Source: Bryobacterales bacterium
GTDB taxonomy: Bacteria > Acidobacteriota > Terriglobia > Bryobacterales > Bryobacteraceae
DNA length: 64,000 nt
Direction: 5' to 3'
Assembly: GCA_963838455.1 (NCBI GenBank)
Contig: CAWISY010000142.1
Coordinates: 21,763 to 85,762 of the forward strand
The notes beneath the pieces were generated by a model. The model worked only from the letters and a program-made list of their open reading frames with translations, was not told the origin of the DNA and made no database searches. The position numbers were made by a program, and so were the translations under genes. Of this stretch, positions 28,337 to 37,257 are shown in pieces (position 1 is the stretch's first letter; every line of letters starts with the position of its first letter).

Positions 28337-29260
28337 GTGAGCATGAACAAATCCGCCCTCGCGTGCGCGCTGGCAGGCATTGGGTCCTTTGCCCTTGTCG
28401 CGGTGACCGTGCACGGCCAGGCCCAAACGGACTACAGCAAGGTGCAGATCAAGACCACGAAGTTGACTGCCGACTTCTATACGCTGGAGGGCTCCGGCGG
28501 AACCATCGGCGTGCTGGCAGGCCCCGACGGAATCTTCATGGTCGACGGAGAGTTCGCCCCGCTCACCGATAAAATCATGGCTGCTATCCGCAAAATTTCT
28601 ACCGCGCCGGTGCGTTTCATGATCAACACCCACGTCCATCCCGATCACACCGGAGGCAACGAAAACTTCGCCAAGCTGGGCGTGACCATCTTCGCGCGGC
28701 CCGAGCTGCGCGATCGCCTGGCGCATCCCAATCCCGGAGCCAATGGCGCTCCCGGAACGCCCGCTCCCGCCGCGGCGCTCCCGGTGGTCACCTATGACGC
28801 GCCCATCGCCTTCCACATGGACGGCGAAGAAATCGACGCGATTCCCGTCCCGCGAGCCCACACCGACGGCGACACCATGGTGCATTTCGTCAACGCCGAC
28901 GTGATCATGACGGGCGATTTCTACCGCTCCATCCAATACCCGAACATCGACCGCGCCAACGGCGGCTCGCTCAAGGGCATGCTCGCCGGGTTGAGTGAAG
29001 TGGTCGCGCTGGCGGGGCCGAAGACCAAGATTGTGCCCGGTCATGGGGCGGTGGTCGATCGCAATGCCGTGGCTGCCCACCGCGACATGATTCTGGTTTT
29101 GCGCGATCGCGTGGCGGAGCAGATCAAGCAGGGCAAGACCCAGGAGCAGGTGGTCGCCGCCAAGCTCACCTCCGACTACGACTCCAAGGTTCCCGAAGTC
29201 GGCACCACCGCGGATCGCTTTATCGGCCAGCTTTACGCGGATTTGAAGGCCGCGCAGTAA
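28337..29260 (+). CDS. MBL-fold metallo-hydrolase, secreted
   Basis: Signal peptide. NTHVHPDHTGGN (HxHxDH), later RAHTDGD and PGHG. Confidence 0.85.
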   Translation: MSMNKSALACALAGIGSFALVAVTVHGQAQTDYSKVQIKTTKLTADFYTLEGSGGTIGVLAGPDGIFMVDGEFAPLTDKIMAAIRKISTAPVRFMINTHVHPDHTGGNENFAKLGVTIFARPELRDRLAHPNPGANGAPGTPAPAAALPVVTYDAPIAFHMDGEEIDAIPVPRAHTDGDTMVHFVNADVIMTGDFYRSIQYPNIDRANGGSLKGMLAGLSEVVALAGPKTKIVPGHGAVVDRNAVAAHRDMILVLRDRVAEQIKQGKTQEQVVAAKLTSDYDSKVPEVGTTADRFIGQLYADLKAAQ

Positions 29261-29305
29261 AGCGCAAACGCGGACACTGAGCCGCGCGCGTAGCAAGCGG
29301 TCTTT

Positions 29306-30556
29306 CTAACGTGGGTCCGTAATCCGGCCGGCCAGCGCCGACGCCGCCACCGTATCGGCCGAACCCAGATAGACTCGCGCCTTCGGATGCCCGTTGCGGC
29401 CCGGAAAGTTGCGAGCCTGATTCGAGATCATGGCTTCCGATTCACTCATCGCACCCATGTTCACGGCTTGATTCGATCCCGCGCTGGGCGGGAACAAAAT
29501 CGCTCCGGCCTCGAGCAGCGTTTCGATCAAGCCTTCCCGCAACGCGGCGAGCAGAATCCCGCGCGTGGCCGGGACAATCTGCATCCGCACGTTGGGATGG
29601 ACCTTCTTGCCGCGCAGCCGGGCCGCCGCCGCGCGAATGTCGCACAACCGGCCTCCGGTGCTGCCGCCGATCTCGGCCAATTGAATTTCGATACCGGCAA
29701 CCTCGTCAATGGGCCTCACATTGCCCACTGTCGGTGGACACGCGACCTGCGGCTCGAGTTTGCTGACGTCGATATCCACGACTTTCGTATATTTGCCGCC
29801 GGGGTCGTTCAAGAACATCTCGAAGCGGCCCGCCGCATGCCTTTTGGCAAACTCCAGGGTGCGCTCATCAGGATTGATGAACCCGGCCTTGGCTCCCAGG
29901 TCGATCGCCATCAGCGGAAACAACAGCCGGTCTTCGATCGAGAGCTGCTCAATGAACGGTCCCGCATACTCGACCGTCTGATACACCGCGCCGTCCTCGC
30001 CCAGAAAACCTTCCAGGTACTGCGCAACATCGCGAGGCGTCACGCCGTGTTGAAGCTCCCCATGGAGAAACACCTGGAAGGTGTCCGGCACCTTGAACCA
30101 GCATTTGCCGTGCGCGTACCCAAGCGCAGCCATCGAATTGTTCCCGACCCCGGTGGAAAAAACCCCCAGCGCGCCGTAAATCGTGGTGTGCGAATCGCAG
30201 CCGATCACAATCTGCCCCGGCGCCCACAAAGCGTTCTCGATGATCACGTGATGGATGCTGCCCCAGCCCGAATCGAAGACGTTCGTGATCCCGTATTTTG
30301 CGGCGAATTTGCGGGCCTCCGTGAGCACCTCGGCATCGCGCTGCGACGGCGGCGAGAAGGTGTGATCGAAGACGAACGCGATCCGAGAAGGATCGAAGAT
30401 GCTGCCTCCGCCCATCTCCTGCTCGAAGACTTTCGAGACCAGGTTCGAGCTCAGATCGTGCAGGACCATCCGGTCTACGTTGGCTACGACGATCTCGCCC
30501 GGCTCGACCTGCTTTTTCCCGCTCGCCCGAGCGAGAATTTTCTCGATCATGTTCAT
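29306..30556 (-). CDS. aconitase-family large subunit (LeuC/HacA-like) lacking the three Fe-S cysteine ligands
   Basis: MNMIEKILA..., FVFDH, GCDSHT and ARNFPGRNG are retained. It has EIGGSTGGR where the neighbouring paralog has LGSCANAK, and PPSAGSNQA where that paralog has NPGCGACAG. Confidence 0.8.
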   Translation of the reverse strand: MNMIEKILARASGKKQVEPGEIVVANVDRMVLHDLSSNLVSKVFEQEMGGGSIFDPSRIAFVFDHTFSPPSQRDAEVLTEARKFAAKYGITNVFDSGWGSIHHVIIENALWAPGQIVIGCDSHTTIYGALGVFSTGVGNNSMAALGYAHGKCWFKVPDTFQVFLHGELQHGVTPRDVAQYLEGFLGEDGAVYQTVEYAGPFIEQLSIEDRLLFPLMAIDLGAKAGFINPDERTLEFAKRHAAGRFEMFLNDPGGKYTKVVDIDVSKLEPQVACPPTVGNVRPIDEVAGIEIQLAEIGGSTGGRLCDIRAAAARLRGKKVHPNVRMQIVPATRGILLAALREGLIETLLEAGAILFPPSAGSNQAVNMGAMSESEAMISNQARNFPGRNGHPKARVYLGSADTVAASALAGRITDPR

Positions 30557-30566
30557 AGGGGCACCT

Positions 30567-31424
30567 TCATAAAAGACCCGTCCCCGAACATGTATCGCCG
30601 TAGTACAAGCCATCGTGTTCGACGCGCAACGCATAGATTGAGCCTGTTCCTGTTTCATACGGCTGCGGCCCCGCGAGATTCTCGCGGTATCCGCCGCCGT
30701 CGGCCAGCGCGGCATCAAAGCGCCGTTCCAGTCTCACGAATTCGTCTGCCGGCCCATACGGTCGCGTCACCTTCACCCAATGCCCACAGCGCTCCATCGC
30801 AACTTCGACCGAGTAAGCGTCCCCGCCGCGCGGCTTCACCCGAATCACGAGATCTTCAGCGCCATAGTGGCGGAGGAGACGCTCAAGCCTTCCAACCTCA
30901 AAAACGCGCCCCTCAAGACCGTCCAGCGCCTTTCGGGCAAGCACAACGGCCGCTCGCCGCATCGAATGTTCAGCGTTGTCGGTATCCGTAATTCCCTTGG
31001 ATGGCACGTCGACAATCTTCCCGCGCAGCCCGTCGCGAATCTCCACCGGCAGATGCGGCAAATCCAGCACCCCAAGCTTCGACCATCCCCGCTCCGCGCA
31101 CAACTGCTCCAGCGTCGTCATCAACTTCGACGCAGGACGAATGTCTTCGAAGATGGTCACTGACTTGATCCATGGATAGACTCGCGGCGAAAGCGCGCAC
31201 AGCAGCACCGGAGGACCTTCGCGCGGAATCACGATCAGCGACCGGTTCCAGTACGGCATGAAATTGGTCAAGAACCGGCCTTGGTTGGAGCGCCACACGT
31301 CGGTGTAAACCAGCAGCGCAGGGAGATCCCGCTCGGTTAGCGCGGTGCGCACGCGTGCGAGCCGCTCTTCGAAGACCTCGGGAGGAAGCATTGCTTTATC
31401 CCACGCAATTAGACCGCGCTTCAT
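30567..31424 (-). CDS. creatinase/prolidase N-terminal-like protein (M24-related, no catalytic motifs seen)
   Basis: 285 aa. FEERLARVRTALTERDLPALLVY resembles the Creatinase_N domain. The start overlaps the upstream stop (ATGA). Confidence 0.55.
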   Translation of the reverse strand: MKRGLIAWDKAMLPPEVFEERLARVRTALTERDLPALLVYTDVWRSNQGRFLTNFMPYWNRSLIVIPREGPPVLLCALSPRVYPWIKSVTIFEDIRPASKLMTTLEQLCAERGWSKLGVLDLPHLPVEIRDGLRGKIVDVPSKGITDTDNAEHSMRRAAVVLARKALDGLEGRVFEVGRLERLLRHYGAEDLVIRVKPRGGDAYSVEVAMERCGHWVKVTRPYGPADEFVRLERRFDAALADGGGYRENLAGPQPYETGTGSIYALRVEHDGLYYGDTCSGTGLL

Positions 31425-32464
31425 CCGGCTTCCTTCACAAAGAGCTTACGCTCGGTTTGATTCAACCGCTCATTGCCTGAGGCCGTAATTAGCGTCGTAT
31501 CCCCGAACACCATGTACCCGGCCAGCGGCAGATACGTGTTCGGATGCGCGATCACCACCATATTTTCTTTAAACACATAATCGACGTCTTCCAAAATGTG
31601 CGGCGTCTCGTCTGGATAGAGCCCCAGGCAGTGGCCTCGTACACGCGTATATTTCGCGCCGGTGTAATCGCCGTAGCCGTATTTGCGAAACACATCGTTC
31701 TGCGCCTTCGCCGCATCCGACGCCTTCACTCCCGGCCGGATCAAGTCCTGCGCGGCCTGCTGCGCTTCGTAAAAAATGGCGAAGGATTCGATCTGATCCT
31801 TCGACGGCTCGCCCAGCACTACGGTCCTGCAGATCTGCGCGTAGTAGCCGTTTACGCACGGCGTCAGCTCCGTAATGACGGAGTCGCCCTTTTGCAGCTT
31901 GCGCTCGGTCGGCGGTTTCATGCCGACCACCTCGGTCCCGCCGGAAGCGATCAGCATGAAGTTGTCTTCGGCGCCCTGCGACTTCAAGAACCCTTCCACT
32001 TCCGCAACCAATTCGTACTCCCGCATTCCCACAGCGGCCGTTTCCGCGAAGAACTGATAGCCGCGATCCGCCAGCTCGGCGGCCTGGCGTAGCCACTCGA
32101 TCTCCTCTGGCGTCTTGACGCGCCGCAGTTCCTCCACGTCCGCCGTCGCTGACACTGGCGACCCGTTGACGAATTGGCTCTCCATCCATTCAAGACCCGC
32201 GATGGCCGAGGCTTTGGGTAAATCGCCCGTGAACTCCCGCGCACTCGGAACCAGGTCCCGATCCCAGGGATCCGCCAGCATCACGGTCAATTCCCCGGAA
32301 CGGGTCAGATGCGCGGCCCCGAAAGGGCCACAATAGTTGACATTCACCAAGCCACGGAAGTGGTCTTTGCGCCAGCCGTTGCCGTACAGCAGAATCGAGT
32401 CCCACCCTCGCTCCACCATCAGATCCATCAACTGGCGTCTCCGGCGCTCATTCACAGGACTCAC
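31421..32464 (-). CDS. M24-fold (creatinase / Xaa-Pro peptidase family) protein lacking canonical metal ligands
   Basis: Pita-bread fold signature GDSVITELTPCVNGYYAQICRT...GHCLGL...VVIAHPNTY. GTG 32464 overlaps the upstream TGA (GTGA). Confidence 0.7.
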   Translation of the reverse strand: MSPVNERRRRQLMDLMVERGWDSILLYGNGWRKDHFRGLVNVNYCGPFGAAHLTRSGELTVMLADPWDRDLVPSAREFTGDLPKASAIAGLEWMESQFVNGSPVSATADVEELRRVKTPEEIEWLRQAAELADRGYQFFAETAAVGMREYELVAEVEGFLKSQGAEDNFMLIASGGTEVVGMKPPTERKLQKGDSVITELTPCVNGYYAQICRTVVLGEPSKDQIESFAIFYEAQQAAQDLIRPGVKASDAAKAQNDVFRKYGYGDYTGAKYTRVRGHCLGLYPDETPHILEDVDYVFKENMVVIAHPNTYLPLAGYMVFGDTTLITASGNERLNQTERKLFVKEAG

Positions 32465-33537
32465 GGTGAGACACTCTCCAGGAACCATTCGGTCGGCAAT
32501 TCGCGGCCCAAGCCTAATGCCCGAGCCCGCTTCACCACCGCCGCGCCCACCGCCGCGAATTGCGTGCCCGCGCCGGTGTTGTTGTTGAAGCAAGTGATCT
32601 GCTCAGGGCTGGTGCGCCCCTGAGCTTTACCCGCCACAAGATCTTGCAATTCGCCAATATCCTCCCAACGAACGATCCCCTTCTGCGCGACCTCCCACAC
32701 ATCCGGCGACTGATCGTTCTTCGCGACCTCCTTGGAATGCACGAAATAAACGTCGGCGCGGCGGATGCATTCGTCGTCGATCTCGCGGCGCTTGTTGCTC
32801 GCATCGGAGCCGCCGATGGAGGCGACATACATGCCGCGTTCGACCCAATGGCCGTCGAAGACCGGGTCCCACGCAGCGGTCGCCGCCTGGATGAAATCGC
32901 TGCCCGTGACGGCTTCCTTGGGAGTCGCCACACAGCGCACCTCACGGCCCAGCTTTTTCGTCATCCCCTCACAGAAGTGGCGGCAATGTTCCTGATTCGG
33001 GCTGTGAACTTTGATTTCGTCGAAGGAATACTGCGCAGCCAGGAATTCGAGATGCGCGCTGGCCTGCCACCCGCTGCCGAATAACCCCAGCGTGTGCGGC
33101 TTCTCCGGAGCGAGATAACGAGCCCCGACGGCGCTCATCGCGGCGACCCGCACTTTTTGAATCACTCCATCGGGCATGATCGCCACCGGCTCGATCTTTG
33201 CCACGTCGAACAAAATCACGAGGCCGCAATATTTGTTCCCGGTCGCAACCGGCAAGATTCGCCGTCGCTTCACGCCCGCCGTATAAGAAAATCCCGCCAT
33301 GTCGGACGTCAGTCGCAGAGCCCATACGCCGCAATCGAGGCTTCCGCCTTCCTGCGTCTTCATCCGGTAGTGAAACCCGGGATGCTCCTTCGATTCCGCC
33401 GGCAAGTATACCTGCGACCTCGGCCGATTGAGCGCCTTACCCTCGGCCAATTCGCGATAGATGCTCTCGGTGGCCGCGATCGCTTCCTGCGGCAGCAGCG
33501 CCTGCTCGACCTCTTCGTTATTCAGTAGCAGGGTCAT
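32461..33537 (-). CDS. ornithine cyclodeaminase / mu-crystallin family protein
   Basis: MTLLLNNEEVEQALLPQEAIAATESIY..., LGLFGSGWQASAHLEFL Rossmann motif. Start overlaps the upstream stop (ATGA). Confidence 0.85.
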   Translation of the reverse strand: MTLLLNNEEVEQALLPQEAIAATESIYRELAEGKALNRPRSQVYLPAESKEHPGFHYRMKTQEGGSLDCGVWALRLTSDMAGFSYTAGVKRRRILPVATGNKYCGLVILFDVAKIEPVAIMPDGVIQKVRVAAMSAVGARYLAPEKPHTLGLFGSGWQASAHLEFLAAQYSFDEIKVHSPNQEHCRHFCEGMTKKLGREVRCVATPKEAVTGSDFIQAATAAWDPVFDGHWVERGMYVASIGGSDASNKRREIDDECIRRADVYFVHSKEVAKNDQSPDVWEVAQKGIVRWEDIGELQDLVAGKAQGRTSPEQITCFNNNTGAGTQFAAVGAAVVKRARALGLGRELPTEWFLESVSP

Positions 33538-34073
33538 GATCGAAGCAAAGCTTGGCCAGCATCGGACTTAAGCAGCGGAATCAGCCCTCCGGCGCGCAGC
33601 ATGTCGAGCAGGATGCCGCTGGGAGGTGTGCCCTGAATCGTCGCGCCCGTGGTCAGATTCTCCACCACTCCACGTTCGATATCGACGCGCAGGCGATGCC
33701 CGGTCTCGACCATCTCATGTATCCCGCGCACTTCCAGAATCGGCAGCCCGATCTCCGGCCCGTTGCGATAAAACGTGCGCGAGAAAAATTCGGCCAGCAC
33801 CGCGCCCACTCCCGTCGCCTTAATCGCCTTGGGCGCGATGGCTCGTCCGGAGGAGCATCCGAAATTCCGGCCGGCGACGATAATATCGCCCTCCTTCACG
33901 TTCTTGGGGAAATCCGGATTGGCGTTTTCGAGAACGTGCTTCACCATCTCCTGCATACCGCGCATCACCAGATGCGTGGGAGTGATCATGTCCGTGGGAA
34001 TGTTATGGCCGAACTTCCAGCAGTTGCCTTCCAGTATCAGATTCACGTGATTTCCAACCCGTCTTGCGTCCAA
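33534..34073 (-). CDS. aconitase-family small subunit (LeuD-like swivel domain)
   Basis: WKFGHNIPTDMITP, GRNFGCSSGRAIAP, FSRTFYRNGPEIGLPILE. Start uncertain (ATG 34073 or GTG 34046); it overlaps the end of the MFS gene. Confidence 0.8.
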   Translation of the reverse strand: MDARRVGNHVNLILEGNCWKFGHNIPTDMITPTHLVMRGMQEMVKHVLENANPDFPKNVKEGDIIVAGRNFGCSSGRAIAPKAIKATGVGAVLAEFFSRTFYRNGPEIGLPILEVRGIHEMVETGHRLRVDIERGVVENLTTGATIQGTPPSGILLDMLRAGGLIPLLKSDAGQALLRS

Positions 34074-35232
34074 GCGCCGCGAGCAACACGAACGCCAGCA
34101 CGCAGGATAACAGGTCCACGGTGAACGCGGTCGAGTAGTGATGCGTCTGGTCGTAAATCCTCCCCGCCACCACTCCGCCGGAACTGGTCCCCAGCCCGAA
34201 GAACATCATCAGCAGGCCCAGGATGGTGCCCACGCGCTCCGTTCCGAAATATTCAAAGGCGATCAGCGACGGAGCGTTGAAGATTCCGCCGTAGCCTAAC
34301 CCGAACACCGCCGCGGCCAAATAGATTTCATTGGCTCTCGGATCGGCCGCCAACAAAATCCCGATCCCGGCCATCAGGCACACGGCCGCCAGCATCATGG
34401 ACACGCGCGAAGAAAACCGGTCCGCCGCGGACCCTCCCAGCAGCTTCCCCACCGCGCTCGCACCCAGCAGCGTGCTCAAAGCCTGCGCCGAGTTGGCCGG
34501 GTTCACCCCCTGCCCGCGCAGATACAGCACCAGGTTCTCCTGCACTCCCATCAGCGTGTGCGCCGCAAAAAAGGACGCGATACCGAAAATCCAAAACACC
34601 GGATTCGAGAGTACCCCGCCCGCTCCGGCAAGCGTGTGCCTGTTTCTGGAAGGGCCGCCTTCGGCGGCTCCGCGCCCGGGAGCAAGCACCAGCGTCATCA
34701 CCAAGGGAATCGCCAGCGCCGTGCTGAGCAGCAGAAACGCCTGCGAGTAACCATCCTTCGCGATCAGCTTGGTGGCGAGCTTGGGAAAAACATATCCTCC
34801 CAGCCCGACTCCCGCATTGATCACGCCCACGGCGAGCCCGCGCTGCTTCGAAAACCAAGGAGCGATCAGCATCGACGCCGGCACCAGCGATGCTCCCGCC
34901 GTGCCGATGCCGAGGAGCGTGCAGAATGCGTACCACTGGCCGACCGTTTGCGTGGTCGAAAGCAGGCACATCGCCGCGGCGACCGTTACGCATCCGCCCA
35001 GAATCACCAGCTTCGGGGAAAATCGATCCGCGAGCCAGCCAATCAGCGGCCCTAGAATCCCGATCAGCAGCAGGGCAATCGACCCGCCGCCCGCCGCTTG
35101 CGCATGCGACCACCCGAACTTTTTTGGGTCCGCGAATACGGGGTAGAACACGGGTAGCGAGAATCGCCCCGCGCAAAACCCCACCGCGAGCGCGGTAAAC
35201 GCGACCACCAACCCTCGGACCCGGCTGTTCAC
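34003..35232 (-). CDS. MFS transporter
   Basis: 409 aa, 12 hydrophobic helices. First gene of the minus-strand operon. Confidence 0.85.
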   Translation of the reverse strand: MNSRVRGLVVAFTALAVGFCAGRFSLPVFYPVFADPKKFGWSHAQAAGGGSIALLLIGILGPLIGWLADRFSPKLVILGGCVTVAAAMCLLSTTQTVGQWYAFCTLLGIGTAGASLVPASMLIAPWFSKQRGLAVGVINAGVGLGGYVFPKLATKLIAKDGYSQAFLLLSTALAIPLVMTLVLAPGRGAAEGGPSRNRHTLAGAGGVLSNPVFWIFGIASFFAAHTLMGVQENLVLYLRGQGVNPANSAQALSTLLGASAVGKLLGGSAADRFSSRVSMMLAAVCLMAGIGILLAADPRANEIYLAAAVFGLGYGGIFNAPSLIAFEYFGTERVGTILGLLMMFFGLGTSSGGVVAGRIYDQTHHYSTAFTVDLLSCVLAFVLLAALGRKTGWKSRESDTGRQLLEVRP

Positions 35233-35242
35233 TGCGGAGATT

Positions 35243-35908
35243 CTATCGCACGCCGGAGCTTGCCTGCTTAACCCGCGCGAGCCGGGCGAGGATCTCCTGC
35301 TTCTCCGCCGCGAGAATGTCGTCTGTGTCCAGGTCGTACTTGGCCACGGTCATATATCTGTCCCAGAGGTAGTAGAGAGCCCCTACGGGCGAGTACGCCG
35401 GGACAGCCAAGTACGATGAAATAACGTAACGGTGTGGACCGTAATGCGCCTCCTCCGGGCCCCAGACAACTTCAGCCGTAACGAACATCTTCGCGTCCGA
35501 CATCCCAGACTCCGTCCAGAACGCGTGCTGATTTTGGTTCGAAGTCGATGCGTCGAAAACAAACAGATCCTCCAGGCCCCTCGCCGCGCCCGGCCGGAGC
35601 AACGCAAAATGGACCAACCAGCCGCTCGCCCCGTAACTTTCCGCCGAGAATAAAAGTGCAGGGGAGCCTGGCTCGATGTCGACCACTTCTACGCGCGGAT
35701 TTCTTACAAACTCTGCCGGCATCGTGTAACACTGCCGCGGAGCACCTTCCAGACACACTGATGCGGGGCCCTTGAAGGTAAACCCGTCCTTTTCGCTGCC
35801 CTGATCCACCACCGTCACATCGCGGCCCATAAACTTCAAGTGCTCCTGCGCGCCGGCCGCAAAGGCCGCTAGCAGAACCACCCACGAAATTACCGCGAGC
35901 CGCGACAT
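35243..35908 (-). CDS. hypothetical secreted protein
   Basis: Signal peptide MSRLAVISWVVLLAAFAAGAQ from ATG 35908. No motif recognised. Confidence 0.55.
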   Translation of the reverse strand: MSRLAVISWVVLLAAFAAGAQEHLKFMGRDVTVVDQGSEKDGFTFKGPASVCLEGAPRQCYTMPAEFVRNPRVEVVDIEPGSPALLFSAESYGASGWLVHFALLRPGAARGLEDLFVFDASTSNQNQHAFWTESGMSDAKMFVTAEVVWGPEEAHYGPHRYVISSYLAVPAYSPVGALYYLWDRYMTVAKYDLDTDDILAAEKQEILARLARVKQASSGVR

Positions 35909-35985
35909 CACGCTTAGCGTACCAGCATCCGCGCACCTGCATGCTATACTCATGGCCGCCTGGTTCTCTCCAGGAGCCGGTCCTC

Positions 35986-37242
35986 ATGGGAAAGACCATC
36001 GCTGAAAAAATCCTCGCCGCCAAATCCGGCAAATCTGCCGTCATCCCCGGTGAAATTGTCGAAGCTTACCCCGACCTGGTGATGAGCCACACGGCCACCT
36101 GGCGGTCGGTCAGCGTGATGAATAAGGTCGGCGCAACCAAGCTGTACGATCCGGACCGGCTGGCCGTCGTGCTCGATCACATCGCGCCTGCCAAGTCCGA
36201 AAAGAACGCCGCCGATCACCAGGTCTGCCGCACCTTTGTCCGCAAATACGGCATCCAGAAGTTCTACGACGTCGACGCCGGCATCGCCCACCTGGTGCTG
36301 ATGGAAAACGGACACGTCGCGCCGGGCGACCTCATCGTCGGCACCGATTCGCACTGCACCATCTACGGCAGCCTGGGCGCGTTGGGCACTGGGATCGGCT
36401 ACACCGAAGTCACCTCGGTCTGGATTACGGGCAAATTGTGGATGAAGGTCCCGGAGAGCTTCAAAATCACGCTGAGCGGCGAGCTCCCCCCCGGCGTTTA
36501 TTCCAAAGACCTGATGCTGCACCTGATCGGCACGCTCGGCGCTGACGGCTGCAGCTACAAATCGGTCGAGTTCTACGGTACGGCGTCAAACCTCAGCATC
36601 TCCGAACGCATGACCATGACCAACCTGGCGATGGAGATGGGCGTAAAGTGCGCCTTCATTCCGCCGGATTCGAACACCGCCGGGTATCTCCGCGACCGTC
36701 TCAAGAATCCCGAGCGATACCACCCCGTCCTGGCCGATCCCGACGCCGTTTATGAGCGCGAAATCCCGGTCGACCTTTCAACTCTTGAGCCCATGGTCGC
36801 CTGCCCGCATGAGGTCCAGAACACCAAGCCCATCGGACAGGTGGAGGGCACCCGCATCGACCAGGCGTTTCTCGGCTCCTGCGCGAATGCCAAGTATGAG
36901 GATCTGGTGGTCGCCGCGCGCATCCTCAAGGGCCGCCGCATTCACCCGGGAGTCCGCTTCATCATCACGCCAGGATCGAAAGAGATCATGCTGGAAGCGG
37001 TGAAATCCGGGGTCGCCGCGACCCTTCTGGAAGCCGGTGGGCTGTTCACCAATCCCGGCTGCGGAGCCTGCGCCGGCGACGGAGGCGTCATGGCCGACGG
37101 CGAAGTATGCCTTTCCACCGCCAATCGAAATTTCCTGGGCCGTATGGGCTCGAGCAAAGCCGAGATCTATCTTTCCAGTCCCGCGACCCTGGCGGCGTCG
37201 GCCATCAAGGGCTCGATCGCCGACCCGCGGGAATTCTTCTAA
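35986..37242 (+). CDS. leuC: 3-isopropylmalate (or homoaconitate) dehydratase large subunit, canonical Fe-S type
   Basis: MGKTIAEKIL..., VLDH, GTDSHC, LGSCANAK, NPGCGACAG and NRNFLGRMG are all present. I cannot separate LeuC from HacA by eye. Confidence 0.8.
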   Translation: MGKTIAEKILAAKSGKSAVIPGEIVEAYPDLVMSHTATWRSVSVMNKVGATKLYDPDRLAVVLDHIAPAKSEKNAADHQVCRTFVRKYGIQKFYDVDAGIAHLVLMENGHVAPGDLIVGTDSHCTIYGSLGALGTGIGYTEVTSVWITGKLWMKVPESFKITLSGELPPGVYSKDLMLHLIGTLGADGCSYKSVEFYGTASNLSISERMTMTNLAMEMGVKCAFIPPDSNTAGYLRDRLKNPERYHPVLADPDAVYEREIPVDLSTLEPMVACPHEVQNTKPIGQVEGTRIDQAFLGSCANAKYEDLVVAARILKGRRIHPGVRFIITPGSKEIMLEAVKSGVAATLLEAGGLFTNPGCGACAGDGGVMADGEVCLSTANRNFLGRMGSSKAEIYLSSPATLAASAIKGSIADPREFF

Positions 37243-37257
37243 AACGTGCCATAGAAC

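Noticed and set aside
28328-30991. Long ORFs 28328-29296 (-) and 29387-30991 (+), antisense to the MBL hydrolase and the LeuC-like gene
   Set aside because: These are shadow frames of well-supported genes. They have low-complexity R/G/A/H-rich translations and no motifs.
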